Shown: in pieces, positions 37,066 to 45,643 of the stretch
How positions within the stretch are numbered: position 1 is the first letter of the stretch
How the letters are laid out: every line of letters starts with the position of its first letter
DNA from: a virus
Lineage: Duplodnaviria > Caudoviricetes
Direction: 5' to 3' (one strand)
DNA: 54,754 nucleotides
Virus record (IMG/VR): IMGVR_UViG_3300024279_000003
Span: 1-54,754 of that record
Made by a program: the position numbers and the translations under genes
Notes under the pieces: generated by a model
What the model was told of the DNA's origin: nothing
Databases searched by the model: none
What the model saw: only the letters and a program-made list of their open reading frames with translations

Positions 37066-38090
37066 TCAGTCACTTCTCCATGTTTTAAGGGTTCATATGG
37101 TCTTTGGTCGAAGTTAGATAATAGAACAAAATTACCAACCTTCTCATCTAAAGCATGACACACATCATGGAATTTACATGAGAATAAATTGTGGCATAAT
37201 CCCTCTATCTTGCCATTCATTGCAGGTGGAGTTTCACGAAGAGCATACTCTTTAATTTCTTGCATCTTAACAGCAAGCATATCCTCAAATTCAATTTCTT
37301 GCTTTAAGGAGAAGAAGAACACTTCTGAAGAATCAAAGAGAGTTTCCGATTTCGATTTTAGAAATACACCGTCAATAGCGGCACCTATCTTCTGACCTCT
37401 AAGTTGTGATAAAGCTGAACCATCTCTTGCTGCTTCCATTCTAACTGCCCAAAGATATAGTTTAAGCTGTGGTGAACTCTTGAATCCCTTTAGAAATTTC
37501 TGAGCATCCCATGATGAAGTTGTCTTGTAATCTCTAACACAATAGCAACCGTTATTAATCTTTCCAACTCTATCTATTGTTCCCTCTATGTAGGATTCAT
37601 ACTCCTCTTGTATCTCCCAAGGAATAGAGAACTTAACTTCTACAACAGATTGCTCTCTTTTACCTTTGCCATCACATACAGCACATTGAATATTAGCATC
37701 ATCTTCTGCATGTATAACTCCTTCACCACCACATCTCCAGCAGTTAGCTGTGGGATTCTGTATTAGAGAGAATTCAGATTGCTTAGTTTGTAGATGCTGC
37801 CAATAATCGAAGCAAGTATTTATTAAATGATTCTCAGTTAAATGTTCCTTCTTAGGTCGAATTTTGAAATTAGCGCCGCGCCACACTTTTATAGCTGCCC
37901 TAACTGCTTCATCAAATAAACCACCAGACTCTTCCATTCTAGAGAGATATTTATGAACTGATGTTCCATAGATGGTATCATTCCAAGTGAATTTCTCTCT
38001 CCATCCTTGAATTACAATGGCATTATACTTCCATTCACAGGCTGATTCTTTTAATGCAGATGCATCTACTTTAACTATTGTTTTTGGCAT
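37062..38090 (-). CDS. PD-(D/E)XK nuclease, Cas4/RecB-like, with a DnaJ-type Zn-finger insert
   Basis: YGTSVHK, EVKF, GTIDRV, RDYKT, QLKLY, C-terminal C....C.F..VC; insert CWRCGGEG...CAVCDGKG. Confidence 0.85.
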   Translation of the reverse strand: MPKTIVKVDASALKESACEWKYNAIVIQGWREKFTWNDTIYGTSVHKYLSRMEESGGLFDEAVRAAIKVWRGANFKIRPKKEHLTENHLINTCFDYWQHLQTKQSEFSLIQNPTANCWRCGGEGVIHAEDDANIQCAVCDGKGKREQSVVEVKFSIPWEIQEEYESYIEGTIDRVGKINNGCYCVRDYKTTSSWDAQKFLKGFKSSPQLKLYLWAVRMEAARDGSALSQLRGQKIGAAIDGVFLKSKSETLFDSSEVFFFSLKQEIEFEDMLAVKMQEIKEYALRETPPAMNGKIEGLCHNLFSCKFHDVCHALDEKVGNFVLLSNFDQRPYEPLKHGEVTE

Positions 38091-38110
38091 AGCGTGTTAT
38101 GTGTTTACTG

Positions 38111-38362
38111 TCAGTCAAACTTCAAATCTATCCCCATTTGCGCTGCCATCTTTTCAGCCAAGCGTTTCTTAGCATCTTTAAGGGTATTCTCAATGGAGGA
38201 GACATTAGAACCTTTCGACCTATACGCAGATTTCTCTGGTTTAGGGGCAAGTTCAGGTCGTGTAACATTTAGAAGAGGCCCAAAATACTCATTAAGTTTC
38301 TTTTCATCCATTTCGGCCAATTCTTTCGCTGATTTGCCATTGATAGCTTGGAGTATAGTCAT
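38111..38362 (-). CDS. Hypothetical protein
   Basis: 83-aa ORF in an operon context. Confidence 0.6.
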   Translation of the reverse strand: MTILQAINGKSAKELAEMDEKKLNEYFGPLLNVTRPELAPKPEKSAYRSKGSNVSSIENTLKDAKKRLAEKMAAQMGIDLKFD

Positions 38363-38363
38363 C

Positions 38364-39005
38364 CTACTTCATCTTTGCATATTGTTCAGGAGTAAGCTTA
38401 ACACAGAATAGAGTGTCTGCTGTTGCTTTGAATACAATACATTTATCGTCGGCTATCATTGACTTAATGTATTCACCATCATCAGCAGTCAGATTAAGAT
38501 TGTTAAGTTTGAGTTGCTGGCCAACATCAGCTTTCTCAACGAAGGCATGTAGTGTTGCTTTCCAATCTTCAGGTTTCTTAGGCTCAGGCGTGGGTTCAGT
38601 TGATTTTGGAGGTGCTTCTACAGCTACATGCTCTTCATGAGAAGTTGCTCTAGCTACTAATGGTTTATCATCTTCACCCTGATTATATGAGATGACAATT
38701 CCACCATTGGTTCCTCTTGCTCTAGAGATATGAATAATCTCTCGAAATTCTTTGTAGACTCCATCAGGGTCAAGTTTATCTAGCAAATAGAGCATTGCTT
38801 GATTAATCTTGAGATAGAGTGTTACAGGAGCTATCTCTTGATAGTCGGCATACTTAATTAATCTTGGCTTTCTATCTCCTGATTCCCTTGCCAAAATCAT
38901 TTCATCCAAGATATGCTTTACTTCAAGAGCATGACGCTGCCTATAATAAGGCGCGTTAGCTCTTCGTGACCATGTAGATGGTCTATCCACTGTGTTCTGC
39001 GGCAT
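38364..39005 (-). CDS. Hypothetical protein
   Basis: 213-aa ORF in an operon context. Confidence 0.7.
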   Translation of the reverse strand: MPQNTVDRPSTWSRRANAPYYRQRHALEVKHILDEMILARESGDRKPRLIKYADYQEIAPVTLYLKINQAMLYLLDKLDPDGVYKEFREIIHISRARGTNGGIVISYNQGEDDKPLVARATSHEEHVAVEAPPKSTEPTPEPKKPEDWKATLHAFVEKADVGQQLKLNNLNLTADDGEYIKSMIADDKCIVFKATADTLFCVKLTPEQYAKMK

Positions 39006-39306
39006 AATCTGCTTTCTTAATTATAGCGTGACAATCTTCACCATCGAAGAATCTTACCATTTCATCAAATTGAGACACGGCATTTCCAAACTGTGAAGGC
39101 ACAAAGAGAATATCTCCTATCTCTACTTCATTCTTATGTCTGAACTTTGTTCCAATCTTTAGAACTTCACCTGGGATAAGTTCTAATGGAACTCTTTGTG
39201 AATCTGGAAGCACTAATCCAGAGAATGTTCCAGTTGGTTTTTTGTGTAGTCGAAGGATTACAACATCTTTCAGTAGCGTGTTTATTTTATTTAGTTCTAT
39301 TGACAT
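38983..39306 (-). CDS. groES: GroES/Cpn10-like co-chaperonin
   Basis: LKDVVILR...TFSGLVLPDS...GEVLKIG...EVEIGDILFV..FG matches the Cpn10 pattern. Confidence 0.75.
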   Translation of the reverse strand: MSIELNKINTLLKDVVILRLHKKPTGTFSGLVLPDSQRVPLELIPGEVLKIGTKFRHKNEVEIGDILFVPSQFGNAVSQFDEMVRFFDGEDCHAIIKKADYAAEHSG

Positions 39307-39615
39307 AAATTCTTCACTGTCATTTTACAATCTCGACTTAGGGAGGAAACAACAAGCACTAACCCTTTAACCAATTCGGCAATGATGATAATAGACAGTC
39401 TAACCTTAATTGCCTAGTCAGCATATTACTATTCAATTACCTGACTTAAGTCAACCTGAAGCTGCCCGCAACAGGATAATCAACAGAATGCTTGGCATAT
39501 ACGAAGCAGATACTCACAATATAGCATACATTCTGTAATGTAGAAGGGATTTCCTTTAATCCCTCCGAAAGAGTTAGCATACAATTTAAATCTCGCTAAC
39601 GGAGCTAAAAGAGGA

Positions 39616-40029
39616 CTAATGCTTAGGCATCAGCAAACCGATTGGGGAGGTATTTTGCTCTCTCTGAAGTTCAGCATACTTCTTTCGTTGCTCTTCTTCA
39701 GTCATACCAAGAGTCATACCCATAGATGGAGGAGCATCTGGAAGTGCTAGAATAGCTACTTCTAATTCAGCAGTTTTCTCACCAGCAAGATATCGTTTAA
39801 CAAGAGGTTGAACATCAGCATTAAGCCAGAAGTGAGGATTCTGTCCTTTCTTGCCTATTACTTTGTTTACATTCTCTTCAATGAGTTGAATCTTTGCTCT
39901 GACATTTGCATCATTGAATATGTAGGTTTTATGTGGAACTTCCTTCTGTTCTGGAGTTTTATCTCCACCAGTATCTTCAGCTTGAGCAGATTTATTGTTG
40001 GCTGCTTGTATTTCGGCTTTAGTTGGCAT
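39616..40029 (-). CDS. Hypothetical protein, first gene after a sigma54 promoter
   Basis: 137-aa ORF with an AACACGT leader. Confidence 0.7.
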   Translation of the reverse strand: MPTKAEIQAANNKSAQAEDTGGDKTPEQKEVPHKTYIFNDANVRAKIQLIEENVNKVIGKKGQNPHFWLNADVQPLVKRYLAGEKTAELEVAILALPDAPPSMGMTLGMTEEEQRKKYAELQREQNTSPIGLLMPKH

Positions 40030-40080
40030 ACGTGTTAATTATTTAGTATTAAGTTATTCACAGGCATTGACCTCTTATAT

Positions 40081-40097
40081 AGCAGGATTCGTGCCAA
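40081..40097 (-). promoter_or_regulatory. sigma54 promoter for the replication/recombination operon
   Basis: Minus strand TTGGCACGAATCCTGCT, intergenic. Confidence 0.8.
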
Positions 40098-40127
40098 AAT
40101 AGATTATATAAAGTTATATCATCTATC

Positions 40128-40988
40128 TCATGATTGCAATACCTTGTATCTTCTAACAAGCTGTTGAAGTCTCCTTACTCCCAAAGATAAATCCATGTTA
40201 TCAAGTGTCCCAAGTTTATTTCTAGACCTCAGATATTCTAGATATGAATGGCCATCCTGCATTGCTTGTATGATTGGCTGAATATCACATTTCCTCTCCT
40301 TTAATCCTTTAATGACAATCTCGAATGTGGAAATTCTAGCATACAAATCTGTTCTAAATGAACCATCTAGAATCATTGCTCTCAAATCTCTATGAGTTGC
40401 AAATACAAATCTACAGGATATATCTCTCTCTTTTGTATCACCAAGAGGAAGAATCTTCTTTTCTTGAATAGCTCTCAGAAGCTTAGCTTGTAGAGTTAAG
40501 GGCAATTCACCAATTTCATCAAGGAAGAGAATACCGTCTCTTGCGGCTACACATAACCCTGCCTTATCCTGTTCGGCGCCCGTAAATGAACCTTTCTTGT
40601 GTCCGAATAGCAATGAATCTATTAGAGTATCAGGTAATCCTGCACAATTAATTGGGACAAAGTTTCCTTCTCTTGGACCTAGAAGAGCATGTGCTATCAA
40701 TTCTTTTCCAGAACCAGTTGGACCTGTAATTAGAACTTCGTCATCTACTTTGGCAAGCTTCCTAACATCATCCTTCATTGCTATTGATGCAGAATCTACA
40801 GTAACAAACTTATGAAGCCAGAACTCTGTAGAGTTAAGCTTATCTACAATCTTGCCATCTCGAATTTCTATTTGGAGATTATACTTCTCTATCTGTGCTA
40901 TTGCAACATCAGGTAAATCATTGTCTAGATATCCCTGAATTAGATGAAGTATGTTTGGTGGTGCTGTAGGATGATTGCCGTTGCTCAT
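40128..40988 (-). CDS. sigma54-dependent enhancer-binding AAA+ activator lacking receiver and HTH domains
   Basis: GPTGSGKE, INCAGL, SLLFGHKKGSFTGA (GAFTGA loop), LFLDEIGEL, QAKLLRAIQE, FATHRDL, FRTDLYARI; the protein ends just after the GVRRL sensor-II helix. Confidence 0.93.
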   Translation of the reverse strand: MSNGNHPTAPPNILHLIQGYLDNDLPDVAIAQIEKYNLQIEIRDGKIVDKLNSTEFWLHKFVTVDSASIAMKDDVRKLAKVDDEVLITGPTGSGKELIAHALLGPREGNFVPINCAGLPDTLIDSLLFGHKKGSFTGAEQDKAGLCVAARDGILFLDEIGELPLTLQAKLLRAIQEKKILPLGDTKERDISCRFVFATHRDLRAMILDGSFRTDLYARISTFEIVIKGLKERKCDIQPIIQAMQDGHSYLEYLRSRNKLGTLDNMDLSLGVRRLQQLVRRYKVLQS

Positions 40989-41293
40989 GGTATTAATCCT
41001 GCTTCTTTCATCATTTGCTTGAGTTTTTGTTGTTTCTTGACTTGTTCACCATTAAACTGTTCCCAAGATTCGCGGAACCATAATCGCTTTGAGCCATCTG
41101 TCAATTCTGGTAAAATAATATTTGTTCCAGGATATATGGTATCCTTATCAGCTTCAAGAACATAATTCTCTTTTAGCCATGATACAGAAGGTAATCCATC
41201 TCCCTCTATTATAGTTGTTTGAAGCACAGAGAGTTGAACATAATGTTCTTGACCCTGTAAAAGAGCATCAATATAATGTTGGAGTGGAATCAT
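40985..41293 (-). CDS. Hypothetical protein translationally coupled to the activator gene
   Basis: 102 aa; ATGA overlap at 40985-40988. Confidence 0.65.
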   Translation of the reverse strand: MIPLQHYIDALLQGQEHYVQLSVLQTTIIEGDGLPSVSWLKENYVLEADKDTIYPGTNIILPELTDGSKRLWFRESWEQFNGEQVKKQQKLKQMMKEAGLIP

Positions 41294-41406
41294 TTAGAGA
41301 ATGGTGGCTTTTTGAATTTACCCCAACGATATCCATCATAAAATCCCATAGCATAAGCACATGCCATAAGAAGAATTACAGGTGGTATTATTAGTAGAGT
41401 TATCAT
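41290..41406 (-). CDS. Small membrane peptide, 38 aa (MITLLIIPPVILLMACAYAMG...)
   Basis: Fills the gap between the helicase stop and the next ATG, with ATGA coupling. Confidence 0.5.
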   Translation of the reverse strand: MITLLIIPPVILLMACAYAMGFYDGYRWGKFKKPPFSK

Positions 41407-43647
41407 TTAATCCTCATCTTCTTCATCTTCTCCAGTCCATGTATCTGCTGTCTCATCTGAACCATTCTGAGGTTCTGATTCTCCAGTTTCTTCCTTACCT
41501 TTAATTAGCTTCGCTTCGATTTCTTCTTCTGACATTCCTTTTCTACCAATGATGAGGTCTTCCCACGATTCTTTGTTACGGACAACTTTAGAGAGACAGT
41601 GCAATTTAACTCCAACAACTCTAGCTTGTCTTTCTTCAACTGTTCCTCTATAAAATTCCATAGTTTGATTCGTATCCGAGAGTGATGTAAGCCTAGGGCA
41701 TCTTCCAACTCCTTGAACCAATTCGATTGCGGACCATGTAGGCGTAACAACAACTCTTCTTGGCCGTGTAGGGATATTCGGTATATCTTCTTCATATGCG
41801 TATCCTGATTCTCTATGTCTGACTTTCTCTTTTGTTAGGTCATCCGTATGATGTAGTGAAAGTCCTACTCCACCAGCACGGAAAGTATACATGCAATATA
41901 GAGCTTTACCACTCTGGAATCTATCAATCTCTTTCTGTCGCTCTTTAAAGCTCTGATTACCTAACCTATATTCTTTAGGCCAAGCAGCAACTTCAGCTTC
42001 CTCTACTTCATCTAAATCTAAATCCTCGAATGTTAAACCAGTTGCAGCCATTTGCTCAAGGAACTCAGGTGAATTGAGGATTGACCGCTTGATTTTCTGT
42101 TTCTTTGTTGCCACAGGTGCTCCACCCCAGATAAGAGCAATATCATCGCGTTTAACTCCGTAATCCTTGATGAGAATTTCAACAACCTTACATATTGTAA
42201 GCTTAAATCTAACAGCAGCGACAGAGGCAAATCCTTCTTGGACTCCATGATACATATCTCTAGCAATCTTATGCACTCTATCGTAATTTGTTTCTGCTGC
42301 CTTGAGAAATACTTGAAGTTGGGCGAGGATATTGAAAGCAGCTTGTGAACTCGACATAGATTCATCTCCCTCAAGCTTAGCCTTCTCTTTTTGGAATTCT
42401 TCCCATGCATTTTCATATTCAGTTCTACCTCTATCTGTCTCAAAGTTCATTATCTTGATATGATTATATGGCTTGAATTGTGTCTTAATACCTTTGACAC
42501 GATGTATATATTCAGCCATATAAGCCATGAGTCTATTCATAGCTCCGGGAGAATAATTCTCTGGCTTAGTTTCTAATCTACCGTAATCACTAGCAATATT
42601 CTTAGCAAAATCATTCCAATGTTCATTACACATTGGTGCATCTTTATTGAGTCCGAAAGTATATGGTATCTTAGATGCAACTACAAAGCATTTGGCCTCA
42701 GACACTCTAACAAACGGTGTTGCAGATTCAAATAATTGATAGGTGCTATCTGATTCTATATCGTTGTATGCCTGTGCTATAGATGATTGTTGGGACCAAT
42801 GATTCTTTAATGCCTGACACTCATCCCATATAATAGCTATAGGGAATACGTGTGGCCGCCAAACCCATTTACACGATTCTACACCATCCTCAACTGTTAT
42901 CTCTTCCTTAACGAATCTTTTACCGAATTGAGAACGAAGTTGGTCAATATTGATTACTAGAACTTCATTCTCAGTTAATCCGAAATACTTCTTTAGGACA
43001 CGCTGAGTTTGTTCAACAACTGAAGCTTTAGTAACATATACATATGGCCAAGGTGTAAGTGTTCTTCCCTCATGAAATTTAGAATGATATAGTCTAGCTA
43101 GCAAAGCACCAACTATAAATGTTTTACCAGAACCAGTTGCAGCAATAAGCAAATCTGCTCTATGATTATGCTTTCTAATATTCTCAAGCAATACACAGCA
43201 AGCTCTCTTTTGAAACCAATACAGGAAACTTTTGTCTAGAGGACACGGTTCTAAATTCCATTTTCGGACTTCCTCATCTTGTTTCGGGGGAAAATCTCCT
43301 AATTCGGAAGCTGGAACTGGAAGTAAATCTAATGCTTTAACTACCTCATTGAAATCTGGAGTATCAGGAAGAATTAATGGTGGATTATGCTGTAACCAAA
43401 TATAGGTTTCTGATTCTATTCGCCTATCATCTAGAAAATCCTTAACATCTTGATATGTTAGTTCTGTATTGAGGTGAGATTGAGTGCAACCATCTATTAG
43501 ATACCATTCATAGAGATTATATAAATCTTGGAATGTCTTTAAGTTTCCCCAAGACCAAGCACCCTTGACTTTATTCTCCAGATATCTTATCTGGTCACGA
43601 AGTCGCTTGTCTTGCTTCTCTTGTGGACTTAGTTGTGGTTTTGCCAT
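41407..43647 (-). CDS. Superfamily 2 helicase (SNF2/strawberry-notch-like)
   Basis: ATGSGKT, WDECQALKN, SATPF, AGGVGLSLH, WSAIELVQGVGRCPR. Confidence 0.88.
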   Translation of the reverse strand: MAKPQLSPQEKQDKRLRDQIRYLENKVKGAWSWGNLKTFQDLYNLYEWYLIDGCTQSHLNTELTYQDVKDFLDDRRIESETYIWLQHNPPLILPDTPDFNEVVKALDLLPVPASELGDFPPKQDEEVRKWNLEPCPLDKSFLYWFQKRACCVLLENIRKHNHRADLLIAATGSGKTFIVGALLARLYHSKFHEGRTLTPWPYVYVTKASVVEQTQRVLKKYFGLTENEVLVINIDQLRSQFGKRFVKEEITVEDGVESCKWVWRPHVFPIAIIWDECQALKNHWSQQSSIAQAYNDIESDSTYQLFESATPFVRVSEAKCFVVASKIPYTFGLNKDAPMCNEHWNDFAKNIASDYGRLETKPENYSPGAMNRLMAYMAEYIHRVKGIKTQFKPYNHIKIMNFETDRGRTEYENAWEEFQKEKAKLEGDESMSSSQAAFNILAQLQVFLKAAETNYDRVHKIARDMYHGVQEGFASVAAVRFKLTICKVVEILIKDYGVKRDDIALIWGGAPVATKKQKIKRSILNSPEFLEQMAATGLTFEDLDLDEVEEAEVAAWPKEYRLGNQSFKERQKEIDRFQSGKALYCMYTFRAGGVGLSLHHTDDLTKEKVRHRESGYAYEEDIPNIPTRPRRVVVTPTWSAIELVQGVGRCPRLTSLSDTNQTMEFYRGTVEERQARVVGVKLHCLSKVVRNKESWEDLIIGRKGMSEEEIEAKLIKGKEETGESEPQNGSDETADTWTGEDEEDED

Positions 43648-44788
43648 TTATTTCCCTTTCTATTTTAGATTGATAACTAAGTAAAGTAGCGAATCTTTCT
43701 TTAGTCCAGAAGTTATCTTCTTCTAGTGCACAATCTACAGCATGCCCTAGTGCTTGTTGTATTACAATTAGGTCTTTATTTGGTATGTTCAGTCGCATAT
43801 TGTTTTAACCTTCGTTTATTTGCTCTATTTGGTTTTCATGATTTAAATGGTATTAGTTTATGGTGAATCATTGCTTTATATCTATTTAAATCTGATTGAA
43901 GAACTAAAATTTTCTCATTATCTACTCTGCATCTTTCAACATACTCTTCTACATCTTCTGGTCTGATTGCAAGAACAGTAGTAAAATGGTCACAATCAGG
44001 TTCATCAGGAATACGAAGATACATTCCATTTTTTTCTGTTTTACCATCCCACTCTACAATTTTATGTAGAGTTCCTTCATATGTCATTAGTGCGATTTTC
44101 ATTTAATCTCCCATATCTAATTTCGCTGCAACTTCAAGTTTATCTACAATCTCCTGTCGCTTAGATTTCGCTATTCTAGAAGCTAATCCGCGGAGCACTT
44201 CTCTATCTTCTATACCATACTTCTTAGCAAGAGAACGCATTAACAATTCTGTATTCTCTGCTTGTAGATTCCATTCCTTTCTTTGCTGCATTTGTTTGGC
44301 TTTGTCTAATTGCATCTTTAGATGATATGTTTTCCATTCTTTGATATACCAAACATGAGGATATTCGAACTTTGAATTATCCTCCATTGATTCAAATTGA
44401 ACATGGCAAAGAGTTTCATCCTTATCTATCTCAGAGATAAGAAGTGCATCTTCCATATCTACTGGACCCCATTCTCTAGTTCTAATTACATACCAGAGAT
44501 ACTTTGAAAGTGGACGAGTGATTTTCTTTTCAATCATAATTTTTTACCATAGTCATAGAAGTCTATATACCAATCTCCGATACAGAAATTTTTAGGTGGA
44601 TTAGGATATGATGCAATAATCATGTTGAACATATTCTGCACTTCATCGATAGTTGATATGCTTTCTACCACCTTCTTCTGTTTAAAGAATGATAGTAAAG
44701 CAGCATTAGTTGCTCCGCGAGGATTGTCTCCTATTCCGATAAACACTAAGGCAGGTGCTTTAGAGTTTCTGAATCTGAGGTAAATCAT
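43595..44788 (-). CDS. Four small hypothetical ORFs (43595..43798, 43836..44102, 44103..44537, 44534..44788)
   Basis: Tightly packed, same strand, downstream of the promoter at 44804-44820. Confidence 0.65.
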
Positions 44789-44803
44789 TGAGTTCCCTCT
44801 GAC

Positions 44804-44820
44804 AGCAAGAATCGTGCCAA
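44804..44820 (-). promoter_or_regulatory. sigma54 promoter for the helicase/activator operon
   Basis: Minus strand TTGGCACGATTCTTGCT, a full consensus match. Confidence 0.85.
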
Positions 44821-44867
44821 CTTAATGTTATACTAGGTTATATATGGTTCTCAAATTTGCAATATGG

Positions 44868-44915
44868 AAAAAAGAAAACTCCCTGGTAAGAATCTTTCAC
44901 CTACCAGAGAGTTTC
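44868..44915 (-). terminator. Intrinsic terminator
   Basis: Minus strand GAAACTCTCTGGTAG...TTACCAGGGAGTTTT followed by CTTTTTT; G-U pairs fit the minus strand. Confidence 0.8.
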
Positions 44916-44962
44916 TTGGATTAGTTCTATTGGAGAACCTTGAAAGAACCAATAGAGACTAA

Positions 44963-45520
44963 TTAAGCTGTAGCATTCTCAGTCTCTTCATCCGTCTTGC
45001 GACGCTTAGAAGAGATAGCAATCTGCAACCTCTTGATTTCGTCTGCGTATTCCTTGAACATCTTCTGGAAATCTGGAGATTCCATATCCAGAGCTGTGAT
45101 TTGATTCGTGAGTTCTTCGATTTCTTCCTTGAGCTTGGGAATAGATTCTCCACGAGCAGAGAATTCTTTTGCAAGAGTATCGAATACCTCAAGCAATTTC
45201 TGGTTATCAACCTTACCATCTTCTCCCTTAGCCTGTGATTCAGCTTCCTCCATCCATCCCTGTGCTAATCCCTTAACAAAGGCATGAAGTTTAGATGCTG
45301 CAACATCAGCACCCATCCAACCTACGAGAGTATCAAGAGTTTCTTTTGTGGTTTTCTCTGGAGCAAGATAAGGCCAACCTTTTGATTTGCCCTTCATTAC
45401 TTCAGTATCCACAAACTTCAAAGCAACTTCATTGCGTGTTACTTCGATAGAAGGAATCTTTTCTCGTTTCTTTGGAGTTGCTCCTGGATTTCCAGCGTGT
45501 TGTGTTTGAGTTTCTGCCAT
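44963..45520 (-). CDS. Hypothetical protein in a monocistronic unit
   Basis: 185 aa, bracketed by its own promoter and terminator. Confidence 0.8.
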   Translation of the reverse strand: MAETQTQHAGNPGATPKKREKIPSIEVTRNEVALKFVDTEVMKGKSKGWPYLAPEKTTKETLDTLVGWMGADVAASKLHAFVKGLAQGWMEEAESQAKGEDGKVDNQKLLEVFDTLAKEFSARGESIPKLKEEIEELTNQITALDMESPDFQKMFKEYADEIKRLQIAISSKRRKTDEETENATA

Positions 45521-45626
45521 ATACTTACTTTGCTTTCTTTTGTTTGGTTTGTTTGTTTACTTACTTCTGAACCCTAACTCTACATTGAATTACGAGTTCA
45601 AAATTCTTTAGTTCAGTTGGGGATAT

Positions 45627-45643
45627 AGCATTTACTGTGCCAA
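45627..45643 (-). promoter_or_regulatory. sigma54 promoter for 44963..45520
   Basis: Minus strand TTGGCACAGTAAATGCT, overlapping the end of the upstream ORF. Confidence 0.7.
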
